A DNA stretch of 64,000 nt, from NCBI GenBank assembly GCA_031835245.2, contig JAVKOQ020000092.1, positions 1-64,000 on the forward strand. The letters run 5' to 3'. Source of the DNA: Balamuthia mandrillaris. Lineage: Eukaryota. Positions 11,249-24,282 of the stretch are shown here, piece by piece (position 1 is the stretch's first letter; each line of letters begins with the position of its first letter). A program made the position numbers and the translations under genes. The notes beneath the pieces are model-generated. The model made no database searches. It worked only from the letters and a program-made list of their open reading frames with translations, and was not told the DNA's origin.

Positions 11249-13040
11249 TTAATGAAGCAGCGGAATAGTAACTGCTCCATGGGGTGCGTTTGTGGATGAA
11301 GCTGAGGGAGAAGAAGTAGAAGAGGTAGTGGTGGTATTAGATGAAGACGGGAGTGGTGAATGATTATTGGTGGAATGTAAGAGATGGGAAGAGAAGCGAG
11401 TAGACCGTGGTGGAGGTCTACGCTGCTTCGCGTTTTCGCCTTTACGTCTTCTTCGCATGAATTGCAATCCGCATGCATTACATAACCTAAAAAGTCAACA
11501 AAGTATGAAATAAATAAAGGTGAGAGCAAAAAGTTAAAGAAAGGAAAAAATGACAAGAAACAAGATGGAGAGAACGAGCGTACGTAGCACCGTCAGAGCG
11601 ATGCCTCCATTCGGGTGTTTTGGTTGTTTTGCAGTTGGCACAGACTCGTCCTTTGATGCCAATCCTGAACCGAGGCAACACTCCACTTCCATTCTTGTCG
11701 CTCCAAGATTGCTCCTCATTATCACCGTCATTTGTGAGGTCACTTTCCTGTTGGTTGTTATTAGTGCTTGTCGTATGCTGATCTATTCGCCTCCGTTTTT
11801 CTGAAAGAACGTCTTTCGAACAACAATCTTCTTTTCTTTGTTCTTCGTTTCGAGATAAAGATGATATTGTGGCAGATGATGATGTTGAACGAGAACGTGC
11901 ATTGCCTACCATCATCAAATCCAAGTTGTGGATATTCCATACGATTATTTTTGACTTTTTGTCTTCTTTCCGTTCGTCTTGTTTTACATCTCGTTCTTGC
12001 TGATATTGTTGTGATAGGAGCTTTGGTGGGAAAGAGGCACACGAAGATTTTTGTTGTTGCAATTGTCGTGAAGAGCGTTGCGAAAGCGGTGGACCATAAG
12101 CAGAAAAAGAAGGAGGAGGGCATGTTGCACATTGGCTTTGTACACAATCGTTCATGTTGTATAGTGGCCGCGAAGGCAGTGACGCATAATGATCAGAAGC
12201 GAAAGTAGTTGGCACAGTGGAGGAAGCAGCGGGCCGAAGGTCAGAGGAGGATAAACAAAAGGACGAGGAAGCAGAGGGAGAGAAAGAAGAAAAAGAAAAT
12301 GCTGAAGCAGAAAAAGAGGCTGGGGAAGTAAAAGGAGGTGATGAAGAAGATGGCGAAGGAGAAGAACCAGCAGCTAGCTGGTGGCTGTTGTAATGAGTAT
12401 ATTTGATTCGACGTCGAGGCGGTGATGAGGTAGTGAGCAAGGGTGTTGGTACTGACGACGGTGCCATTGAGGAAAGTTGTTGCTGTTGTGTTGCTGGGGC
12501 AGCTATGTAGTTGGCCGTAGTAGTACTGCTAGTGATATAGCCTCGGCAACAATTTGTAGCACAAATGGAAGAAGAGCAGGAGCTAGTGGCATTCCCCAAA
12601 GCAGCAGACGCTTGAGTAACAACAGCGGTAGGAGTGGTTGAAGGGCGAGAAGCAAAAGCAGCAGCAGTGGTGATGTGAACAGAAGCTGGCAGAAGCTTGT
12701 ACGGGTCGTCATAGAGAGGATAGGAAGCGGCTGTCTTTTCATGAGGAGGAGATGATCCAAGCTTTGCAGCCGCGGCAGTGGCAGTTCTGTCAGTTGCAAC
12801 AGATGAGCCAGTCGCAGCGGCAGCAGGGACGAAAGGAGGAGCAGTAGTAGAGTAGCAAGAGCCATGGCGATAAGTTGGTCGTGGTGCTACCTCCTCGGTA
12901 GCAGGTCTGTCGGCTGGGCGAGCAGAAGAAGAGGAAGAAGCCGTAACTGAAAATGGCCGCATAGAAGTGAAAGTAGCGGTTGAGAAGCCTCTCTCACTCG
13001 AAGAAGGAGAAGGAGAGGAGGACAACCTGCGGCCTCTCAT
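11249..13040 (-). CDS. GATA-type zinc-finger transcription factor
   Basis: 'CANCKTTKTPEWR...' spliced to 'LCNACGLQFMRRRRK'; long Ser/Thr-rich N-terminus. Confidence 0.9.
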
Positions 13041-13435
13041 CTCACCTTCAGCCTTTTTTTCCCTCTTCGTCAAAGCTGGCCCTTGCTTGCTTGCTTTTTC
13101 ACCAATTCAAAAAAACAAACCAGGCAACACCACGACGACACGATAATTTATGAAAAATGGAAGCCGATCATTTTGATCTGATCAGCCTACTAATTGGATA
13201 GATAAGAGATAGGACGTGAGAGAGCGCAATGGCCATGAGAGAGGGACGGGTTTCCCTCTCGGCAGCAACCCTCTCCTCTCTCTTTGCTCTTGGGCGTCCT
13301 CGTCCTCGTCGACTTCTTGTGTTCGCGCTTCACCGGGACAGCAGAGAAACCCAGAACGAAAACAAAAAGAGGAGGTAGTATGTACAACAGGCTCGGGGTT
13401 TCTTCTTGTTTCGTTTGTATAGCAACGAAAGCCAA

Positions 13436-15044
13436 TCAGGCGCGCAGGGTCCATACTTCAACACGTAGACACTTGAAGAACTCTTGGTGAGCGAGCATGT
13501 CATTCAAAAACGTTTCGCATGGGCTGCTGCTGCCTTGTTCCAAATCACCATCCAACCACAGGCCGTATCCTGTATCCCTTTATCAAACAGAGGGAGAAGA
13601 GCAAGAATCCAAAGGGGTGAACACCAAAGATATGAATGAAAGAAGGGTTAAACGAAGAAAGAGGAAGTACCCGCAGCCAAGAGCAAGCCCATCACTGGCC
13701 ATTAGCATGTAATAAGCGTTTTGTGTGCTCCACGAATAGCTACAGTAATCTGGTTGTAGCTTGAATAAAAAGCTCTGAAAGCAACAAGGCTTTATCAGAA
13801 AGAAAACTAGTAGAAGTAGAAGAAGTGAAGAGGAAGAAAGAAAGAAAGAAAGAAACGACAAGTAAGAATGGTAGAACAGGAACAAACCTCGCCAGTGCCA
13901 CAAAATGCTTTGTTGCTCTTTCGGCAGCGAAGGGGTTCATTTACAAATCCACCAAAGAGCTGTTTATGACGGTTTAAAAAAAGACCGAAAGATAACAGAA
14001 GAAAGAAGAAAGAGAACAGAAAGCAGACAAAGCAAGAAGGGAAACTAGAATAACATAGAGAGAAAGAGAAACGACGAAAGAGAAAGAGAAAGAGAAAGAG
14101 AAAGAGAAAGAGAAACGACGAAAGAGAAAGAGAAAGAGAAAGAGAAAGAGAAAGAGACAGAGACAGAGAAAGAGAAAGAGAAAGAGAAAGAGAAAGAGAC
14201 AGAGACAGAGACAGAGACAGAGACAGAGACAGAGACAGAGACAGAGACAGAGACAGAGACAGAGACAGACAGAGACAGAGACAGAGACAGAGACAGAGAC
14301 AGAGACAGAGACAGAGACAGAGACAGAGACAGAGACAGAGACAGAGACAGAGACAGAGACAGGGAGGAGAAAATGGTACAAAGTGAGCGTCGTCCTGAAC
14401 AAGGAGAATGAAAGGCGAATGACCTTCTGACCGAGAATATAGAGTGTTAAGGCTGAAACCTGGTTTTAGAGCATACCATCATCACATCCATCGTTGTAAG
14501 GCGCAGGTAGCAGCGCATAAGCGGACATGTTTGACAGTCGTGGATGAGTTGCTATGTGAGAAAAGGGATCAAGACAAACATACCATGCCGCATGCTGCTG
14601 TACAAAGGTTCAAAGTGGTACGTTTGGAATCGCGGTGGCAAAAGCTCTCTCAACTTACAACGGCAACAGAAACGTTAGGACACTGCTGGGAGAAAGGTCA
14701 TTACCAGGGGGTACCTTGAGCTGTTCACCGTCAGACAAAAGGAAGGAGGACGGGTCCAGTGGAGGAGAGCTGCTACTGCTGAGCTGCACCGACGATGGAA
14801 GAACGGGACGTCGTTGGGTGTTAAACCGAGGCAAAAGACTCAACCGGTCCTCTCTAGCCTTCTCTTCTTCTTTTGCGGCTTCTTCCTGAAGCTGGGCTGC
14901 CACAGCGGCGTCCTTCTCGATCTGTTCATCTCTCTCCGCTGCTTCCTGTTGCAAGAGGCAACTTTCGACGTGCTCTACGAAGTTGGCTTGGCTGAGTTCG
15001 TCCAGCCCCTGCCAACACACCGGACAGACCTGCTCCTCCGCCAT
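13436..15044 (-). CDS. TLDc-domain protein (OXR1-like) with N-terminal UBZ-like zinc finger
   Basis: Spliced peptides 'LPPRFQTYHFEPLYSSMRHGFSLNTLY', 'LFGGF', 'GTGESFLF', 'GLWLDGDLEQGSSSPCETF', 'VEVW'; N-terminal 'CPVC...HVESC'. Confidence 0.85.
14076..14362. repeat. Compound (GAGAAA)n/(GAGACA)n microsatellite in a TLDc gene intron
   Basis: Directly visible hexamer arrays. Confidence 0.95.
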
Positions 15045-15263
15045 TATTAAACTTTTCTTCTTCCAACAACAACAACAAGGAAGAGGAGTTTTCTTTTTTT
15101 TTCCTGAGTGCTCAAGCTGTGTTCCTTCTCTTCACTTGGGGTGCACACTTTCAACAAAAAAGCCAATAAGAACAACAAATGAAGCCAAAGGGAGGGCGTT
15201 GCTGCTTGCCTCTATCTCTTCTTTAATGAAAAGACACCTATGCAAACGAAGGAACAAACGGTT

Positions 15264-15415
15264 TGTGTTGTGTTGTGTTGTGTTGTGTTGTGTTGTGTTG
15301 TGTTGTGTTGTGTTGTGTTGTGTTGTGTTGTGTTGTGTTGTGTTGTGTTGTGTTGTGTTGTGTTGTGTTGTGTTGTGTTGTGTTGTGTTGTGTTGTGTTG
15401 TGTTGTGTTGTGTTG
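15264..15415. repeat. (TGTGT)n pentanucleotide microsatellite just 3' of PSF1
   Basis: About 30 perfect GTGTT units. Confidence 0.95.
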
Positions 15416-15434
15416 CTTTGCTTTGCTTGGGCGT

Positions 15435-16412
15435 TCACAAGATGTGCTCCAATTTGCCTTCTCGGATGTAATGCAGCACTTCTTCACGGGGCAAAAGGTG
15501 GACGGTGTCTTTGCGAAGAAAGATGGGTCCATTGGCTGTCATCACCTCTCCGATGTCCTCCTTCGCTCTAACTTCAATATACAGGTCTTTTGGTGGTGCT
15601 TCCATGTCCTGTTTTCAATAAGAGGACAGTGAAAGAGGCATTAGAGCAGAGCGTGGAGAGGGAGAAGAGAGAAGAGAGAAGCTAAGTCACAACTGAGTAG
15701 CTTGGCTTGTTGCCACAAAGTTCAAAAGAAGAAAGAGGAAAGACTGAGGACAAAAGTGGAATAATAACACCAGAAGGGCGGGTATGAAACAAACCGTTGT
15801 GACTAGCACGCCTTCTGCGTCCATGTACTCGGACAACAGATTTGAGAACTGGTTGAAATAGTCCAACTCATGAGAACTCATGTGCTCTTTCAACAAGTCA
15901 TTCAGCACTGCGCCTTGGCTCCACCGAACGTCCTCAAGCATGCGCACCCTTTGCATCCTTGTGGTTTGATCGCAAAGCGAAGTTGCCAATGAATAAACAA
16001 ACAGAACGAAAAAGCAAAGCGAGGGAAAGAAGAAGAAGAAGAAGAAGAAGAACAAGAAGAAGAAGAAGAAGAAGGAGACGCTGCGTACAGGTAAGCAAGA
16101 GCGCATCGCTTACTCCGTTGGATGGCCGTCATGTTCTTCAAGACTTGACACGCTACAGCAGGCTCGGGGATTCTTCCCTCCGCTGCGTACCGCGTCATAG
16201 TTTGGGCCGACTCGTCATACATCTTTGTTACATCTTCTATTACCTGGCGAAGCAGTTCTTCCTTGAGAGTGCATCAGCAAAAAAAAAAGATTATTATTGA
16301 AAAAAAGCAGATGGTGGGCCGTTACGTTGTACCGCGGCAAAGTTTTGTTGCGCTCTATCTCCTTGACGAGCTCCACAGCTCTTAGAGAACGGCTGCTAGC
16401 GCTTCCCTCCAT
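15435..16412 (-). CDS. PSF1: GINS complex subunit 1 (PSF1)
   Basis: 'AVELVKEI...LPRYN', 'RSKRCALAYL', 'MSSHELDYFNQFSNLLSEYM', 'PPKDLYIEVRAKEDIGEV', 'IREGKLEHI'; 3 introns. Confidence 0.9.
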
Positions 16413-16462
16413 CGCTGGGCTATCGATCGTTCCCTTTCTCCCTTTTCTTGCTTTGGCAAATT

Positions 16463-16518
16463 TTTGGCGGGAAATACCAAGTGCTGTTTTTCCAATGAAG
16501 CCACAGTTTCCCGCCAAA
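16463..16518. promoter_or_regulatory. Two inverted E2F/DP consensus sites (TTTCCCGCCAAA) in the PSF1-Borealin divergent promoter
   Basis: TTTGGCGGGAAA at 16463-16474 and TTTCCCGCCAAA at 16507-16518, 50-105 nt upstream of the PSF1 ATG. Confidence 0.7.
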
Positions 16519-16782
16519 ATCAAACTGCCAAGAATAACGATCAATTTGCTCACGCGCAACGGTTTGGTTTGGCCGTCGTCCTTGTCGACACTCATATTCC
16601 CCGCTAGAAGTAGCAGGGAAGCGCAGGGACCTTTTTTGCTGCCCTTTTTTCCCTTGCCATTTCTCTTCTGTCTAACGGAGGCACATGCTGAGCAAGCACA
16701 CCCAGAAAAGAGAGCAAAGAAAGAAAAATACAGAAAAGAAAAGAAGAAGGGGGGTAGTGGTATTCTTTTAAGAAAAAAAACT

Positions 16783-17602
16783 ATGGCAAGCGTTGGGGCG
16801 AAGAGAACCAGCGAGGTCGCGTTGGAGGAAAACACAAAGGAGAATGCGGCGCCGCAGTCTGCTCATGCAGCCCATTTGGAAGCCATACTGGACGAGTTTG
16901 ACTTGGAAGGTGAGTAGTCGCTACTGTTCTTCCCAATTGATTATTGTTAGTTTCTAAGAAACACAAACCTCACAATCATTCTCTGCACTCAACAAAGTGG
17001 AAACACGAAGCGCCGCTTTGATGAGCGAAGCAAGGGATCTTTGCTCCTCTCTGAAGAACCAGTTGCACGTGGAGCTCATGAAGCTGCCCAAGCGGATACG
17101 AGAAATGCCGATGAAAGAGTTCATCGACAAGCACGGCGGCGACATCAACGAGCTTCACAAGAACGAGACCATTCGCATCCAGAGCACCCCTTTGAGGGGT
17201 CTTTTGGCCTCCACTCACGACCTCCATTCCCTGTTTGCTGGCACAAAGGAAGACCTTGGTGACGCATTTGACAATGACGAAGATGAAGAGGGAGAAGAAG
17301 AAGATCACGAACAAAACGAAGATGAACTGCCACAAAGAAAAAAGAAAATACAAGGAGGAGCTAAGCGGCCGGCTCGCGGCGCCAAAGGCACAACAACACA
17401 AAAGAATAGAGACACTGCGAGAGCCACTATTGATGCTCGCGGAAGCAGCAAGATCAGAATACAGTTGGGAGAGCAGGAGGTGGACGTGGATGACCTCTCC
17501 AGCATGGACACCATGACCGCCAAAGAACGGAAAATGGCGATGGAGCAACTCAAACTGTTGCATCAGCACGTGGCTTCCCTCATCATGAGCGATGGCATCT
17601 GA
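16783..17602 (+). CDS. Borealin/Nbl1-like chromosomal passenger complex subunit
   Basis: 'LEAILDEFDLE|VETRSAAL...ELMKLPKRIREMPMKEF' resembles the Borealin N-terminal domain; one intron. Confidence 0.75.
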
Positions 17603-17742
17603 AACCGTTTTTTTTTCAAAGCATTGTTTCTTGTTTAAAGCCTCCTACTGTATGAAACCATTCCTCTTCCTGTTTACTGTTCTTGTTCGTTCCTCTTCTT
17701 GCTGCTCTCTCTTCGAACCATCAACTCAGACGTTTGGGATAG

Positions 17743-17956
17743 GTACGTGTAGGCGTGGACCCAGTGGCTCAGTGCTGGTTCTTCCAAGAAAGGAGTGATG
17801 ATGGGAGGAACGCTTCTTAGAAACATCCTAAACGTTTGGGGCAACGACTACAAGGCAACAGCTGCCAAACCCCCTGAAGGTCTCTCTGAATATTACAAGA
17901 AAAGCAACTTTCCGCCCTACTTTGACACGTGGCGGTTGAACGATAACTGTCCGTAA
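17743..17956 (+). mobile_element. Possible highly deleted Fanzor/TnpB relic
   Basis: 'VRVGVDP' (RuvC-I-like) followed after frameshifts by 'NAS-RNILNVW...PPYF' (RuvC-III/C-terminus-like). Confidence 0.3.
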
Positions 17957-18006
17957 GTTCCATACATATCTCAACTTATCCCTTTATCTCTCTGCATTGC
18001 AATGCA

Positions 18007-18560
18007 GGAAAAACCTTCACGGCGATCCATTTGATGTGGCTGTTGGTCCATTTGTGCAAGAGCAGAGTACCGGCACTCTGTACCGCTGATACCAATGTCG
18101 CAGTGGATAACCTTTTGCAAGGACTCTCTGATTTGGGCATACGTGCCCTTCGCGTTGGCAGACCTGTTAAAGTAAGAGAGGAGCTGCGTGGGCTGAGCTG
18201 GATGCTCCTTTCATAGCACATCCTCGTACTGACTTAAACTACGCGATCGCACCGTGGAACTTTCAACCCAAATCCCTGAGTTAAACGACAGCGCCAAGTG
18301 TGATGCTTTGGTCTCACAAATTGAAGAGTTAAGCCACCTTCAAGAGCTCTGAACCTTTTCACTTCAAAAAGGAACATTGCGCATATGGATCCACGGAGTG
18401 CTTGGGCCAAATTGGCGCTATTGGTGCAAACATGTTTCAAAGCACGTAGTCCTGATGGGTGACCACTGCCAACCGCCGCCAACCGTGGTATCACCAAGAT
18501 GTCAGGAAGGCGGCCTTGGAGAAAGTCTTTCTTCTCGCCTCATGCTAGTTGTCGACAGCA
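18007..18560 (+). pseudogene. Degenerate UPF1/DNA2-NAM7-like superfamily-1 helicase fragment
   Basis: 'GKTFTA', 'TNVAVDNL', 'LRVGRP', 'VLMGDHCQPPPTVVS...GLGESLSSRL', with stops, frameshifts and missing motifs. Confidence 0.8.
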
Positions 18561-18630
18561 GTAAGCCATGAGGGGGCATTTTCCGTTCTTCTTTTCCGAG
18601 AAGCGGCAGAACTTTCGCAGACAGAAGTGG

Positions 18631-20753
<2,123 letters not shown>

Positions 20754-20819
20754 GCTCTGCTTTGCTAGTTCACCTTTGCTTTTCATAAACTGAAATAAAT
20801 ACAGAAACGTTTATGTCTA

Positions 20820-22376
20820 TCAGAAACGCTGAAACACACCATTGTTTTTCTCGACCTTTGCCCACCACTCATTCAGTCCATGAACATCCAAAGCATCGTA
20901 AAACATGAACCACCAGACCGAGGCCGCGTCTTTCGGTATGTTCTCTATCGGTTTGTCCCTAGCCGTCTTCCTGTCCGCCTTATTGTGGCTCAACCATAGC
21001 TTTTCAAACTTTGTGGAGGAGGCCATGTGGAACAGGCGCATGGGGTGATAGGCATTCCGTCGCACGTTGTAGGCATACGGCAGGTACCGCAGCCCTCGTT
21101 CTGGTTGGTCGAAGAACTTGCGAAGGAAGGGCAGGTCCGCCACGCAACCCTTCGTGCGGAACATGGACCTCCAATCTGCCAAAAGCTCGCTCGTGATCTG
21201 GCTCGATGGACGCAGCACCAACAACCCTGAATTAACGAAGGTCTTCATCTCGGATCCTTTGTCCTCGTCGGTCGGAGGAGAAAAGCGAGCAGCGTATATC
21301 TGATGAGGCTGCAATGGAAGCCGGAAGAGTTCGTCCAGGTTGTCCAAGAGCATGATGTCGCAGTCGAGATAGACCAGCCGGTCATACTCTGTGAGGTTCC
21401 ACACGTGGAACCGCATGTGCTCTCCTGGGAACTGCGCTAAGAGGGAGTCAGGTTGAGCAGCTTCATGCTGGCAATCCAAGGGAGGCCGTTCCAGCAGCTT
21501 CCAACCAGACTTGGTGAGGACCTCTCTGGCCTCCTTGCTGACCTCGGAGCTGATGATGGCCAAGAGGTTGTCCGTCAAGCAGGAGAACTTGTGGATGGAG
21601 TGGGCCAGAGCTATGGCTGGGATGACGTAGGCATCATTGATGGTGGCTGTCACCCATCCCACTTTGCCTTCCACTTTCGCTAGCAGTTCAGTGTCATCAT
21701 AGTTGAGACGCTGTTGGCAGTAGAGCTGCGAGTTGTGCCAGAGAAAGCGTCGATGCTCGAACTCGGTGAAGGCCATCATTCTGTAGAGGTCGTTCCTTTC
21801 AGCGATGTGAAAGGCTGTGGGATCCTCCTCGAAGCCATCATTGTCTGCAGCGGACAAGACGCCCTGCCCTTTGGCCCCTTTGCTCTTGCTGGGGAGGTGA
21901 GCGTAATGAAAGGAGGGATCCTTCTTTGCATCAACATAGTAACATTTCATTGTTCTAGTGGAGACATCGTGGTAACAATGTTCAATCTTTCCTTGTGGCT
22001 TACTGCCAGCATCGCCGCCAGGCATGTTGGAGAGGCCAATAGAAGGAGACTGTTCTTCTTGGTTTTCAGCTTCTTCTCGTTTCATCTCGGTAGTGGAGCT
22101 GCGAGCTGGCTCAGGTTGGAGAGAAGAGTCCTGAGGCCCTCGTTGAAGAGGGATCCCGCTCTTTACGCTGCTGGTGAAGGTGGTAGAGGAAAGAAACGAA
22201 GGAGACGAAAGCTCAGAAGGGAGAGAGAACCCGAGTTGAGTCTGCTGAAGGGCGTTGTTCGACTGCCGGAAAGAAACGAAAAAATACCAATTGCAAACAA
22301 CGGAGAGGGCAAGAAGGAACAGCAGGACCAAGTGGCTTCGTTCCGTCCTCCGGTGAAGTGCTGCCAGGTGGAGCAT
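20820..22376 (-). CDS. GT8 (glycogenin-like) glycosyltransferase, type II membrane, paralogue 1
   Basis: N-terminal TM; 'NDAYVIPAIALAHSI', 'VWNLTEYDRLVYLDCD' (DxD), 'NSGLLVLRPS', 'LPYAYN'; intronless. Confidence 0.88.
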   Translation of the reverse strand: MLHLAALHRRTERSHLVLLFLLALSVVCNWYFFVSFRQSNNALQQTQLGFSLPSELSSPSFLSSTTFTSSVKSGIPLQRGPQDSSLQPEPARSSTTEMKREEAENQEEQSPSIGLSNMPGGDAGSKPQGKIEHCYHDVSTRTMKCYYVDAKKDPSFHYAHLPSKSKGAKGQGVLSAADNDGFEEDPTAFHIAERNDLYRMMAFTEFEHRRFLWHNSQLYCQQRLNYDDTELLAKVEGKVGWVTATINDAYVIPAIALAHSIHKFSCLTDNLLAIISSEVSKEAREVLTKSGWKLLERPPLDCQHEAAQPDSLLAQFPGEHMRFHVWNLTEYDRLVYLDCDIMLLDNLDELFRLPLQPHQIYAARFSPPTDEDKGSEMKTFVNSGLLVLRPSSQITSELLADWRSMFRTKGCVADLPFLRKFFDQPERGLRYLPYAYNVRRNAYHPMRLFHMASSTKFEKLWLSHNKADRKTARDKPIENIPKDAASVWWFMFYDALDVHGLNEWWAKVEKNNGVFQRF

Positions 22377-22713
22377 TATCTTGCTCGCTTAGCAAACGTT
22401 TGCTTCTCTGATATCAACCCTTTATACCTGCTTGCTGCTCTGAAAAACTGTAAAAAAGGTAATTATCTAGATTGTAAAACAGGAAGCAACAACAAGCACG
22501 TTATACAAGGCTTCCAAACAATAACAAAAGAAGGAGAGAACGTTGCCAGTCCCTTCCTTCCGCACGTCCGTCGGACTCGCGAAAGTCACCTCTTCAGCTC
22601 CAAGGTTACTCTGTTTATTTTTCCCTGCCAGAGTGATGATGTTTTGTCTGTTGAAGAAAAGTCAGCATTGGTTGGTCAAGAGAATAAGAAAACAGCCGCG
22701 ACGTACGTTGACA

Positions 22714-24084
22714 TCAGTTGCGCCCCCATTGGGAGGTGGCCTTTGATGCAACCTTTGCCCACCAGTCCTGCAGGCCATAGGCATCCAGAGCATCGTAAAA
22801 CATGAACCACCAGACGGAAGCCACGTCGGCTGGCACGTTCTGTATCGGCTTGTCTGCTGCGTTTTTCCTGCTCACCACGTTGCTGCCCAACCATAGCTTT
22901 TCATTCTTTGTGAAGCCAGCCATGTGGAACAGGCGCATGGGGTGATAGGCGTTCCGTCGCACGTTGTAGGCATACGGCAGGTACCGCAGACCTCGCCTAG
23001 GTTGGTCGAAGAACCTGCGTAGGAAGGGCTGGTCTGCCATGCAGCCCGTTGTTTTGAACAGAGACCGCCAGTCTTGCAGTAGCTCGCTCGTGATCTGGCT
23101 TGATGGGCGCAGCACCAACAGGCCCGAGTTGATGCCTGTCTTCAACTCGTGCTTGTCGTCGGGAGGTGCAAAGTGAGCGGCATATATTTGTCCAAGCTCC
23201 AAAGGCAGGCGGAAGATCTCGTCAATGTTGTCCAAGAGCATGATGTCGCAGTCGAGGTAGACCAGCCGGTCATACTCTGTGAGGTTCCACACGTGGAACC
23301 GCATGTGCTCTCCTGGGAACTTGGCTAAAGCGCCATCAGGCCGACCACCTTGATGCTGGCAATCCAAGGGAGGTCGTTCCAGCAGCTTCCAACCAGCCTT
23401 GGTGAGGACCTCTCTGGCCTCCTTGCTGACCTCGGAGCTGATGATGGCCAAGAGGTTGTCCGTCAAGCAGGAGAACTTGTGGATGGAGTGGGCCAGAGCT
23501 ATGGCTGGGATGACGTAGGCATCATTGATGGTGGCTGTCACCCATCCCACCTTGCCTTCATCATCAGTTGTGTCGCTGAACCGTTGCCGACAGAAACGCT
23601 CAGAGTTGTGCCAGAGGAAACGTCGGTGCTGAAAGTCGGTGAAGGCCATCATCGTTTGGAGGTCTTTGAGCTCGGCTTCGCGGAAGGCTTCAGGGTCCTC
23701 CGGAAATTTATTGTTGTTGGCCGTGGTCAAGACCTCTCCTTCTCCTTGCAAGGTTTTTGTTGCAATGTGGCCATACCGGAGGTCAAAACCGTCGTAAGAA
23801 ATGGTTTTCGTTTGAGCCTCGCAAGCTTGTTTGTCGTCTTGGATACATTTTTCGGCCCCAGCTGGTCGCTCTACTTGTTCGTTGGAGACAGCGACAGAAG
23901 GAGAAACCGAAGACTCCAGGGTTTCTCTGAGAGCGGTGCCTTGTAGTGGGAGGTAGGTTCCGCGGGGCGAGGGCTGCGGAGAAAGAAAGAAAAAATACAA
24001 ATTGAAAAAAAGGGAGAGGGAAAGAAGGAGCAGCAAGCCCTTGTGAGGCCGTCCTATCATCCTGTCCAGCGCGGTCAACGCCAT
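22714..24084 (-). CDS. GT8 glycosyltransferase, paralogue 2
   Basis: Same motifs plus 'ADQPFL'; tandem copy. Confidence 0.88.
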   Translation of the reverse strand: MALTALDRMIGRPHKGLLLLLSLSLFFNLYFFFLSPQPSPRGTYLPLQGTALRETLESSVSPSVAVSNEQVERPAGAEKCIQDDKQACEAQTKTISYDGFDLRYGHIATKTLQGEGEVLTTANNNKFPEDPEAFREAELKDLQTMMAFTDFQHRRFLWHNSERFCRQRFSDTTDDEGKVGWVTATINDAYVIPAIALAHSIHKFSCLTDNLLAIISSEVSKEAREVLTKAGWKLLERPPLDCQHQGGRPDGALAKFPGEHMRFHVWNLTEYDRLVYLDCDIMLLDNIDEIFRLPLELGQIYAAHFAPPDDKHELKTGINSGLLVLRPSSQITSELLQDWRSLFKTTGCMADQPFLRRFFDQPRRGLRYLPYAYNVRRNAYHPMRLFHMAGFTKNEKLWLGSNVVSRKNAADKPIQNVPADVASVWWFMFYDALDAYGLQDWWAKVASKATSQWGRN

Positions 24085-24282
24085 TGCTATGTTTATTGTG
24101 CTCCGCTTCTTCCTCGTCTTCCTTTCGTATTCGCCTCGGTCTCAGCAACAGCGGGTAATGTAGGATCGGAGAAATGCCTAAAAGGAAAGCGTAGATGAGA
24201 AGAGTTAATTTAATAATTAATCCCCAACCAATTATATAACAACTGCAATCATTCAAATAGCCGCTCATCAACTGTTGCTCTC

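Noticed and set aside
14983..15632. CCVVL / NTTQH repeat ORFs
   Set aside because: Translations of the (GTGTT)n microsatellite.
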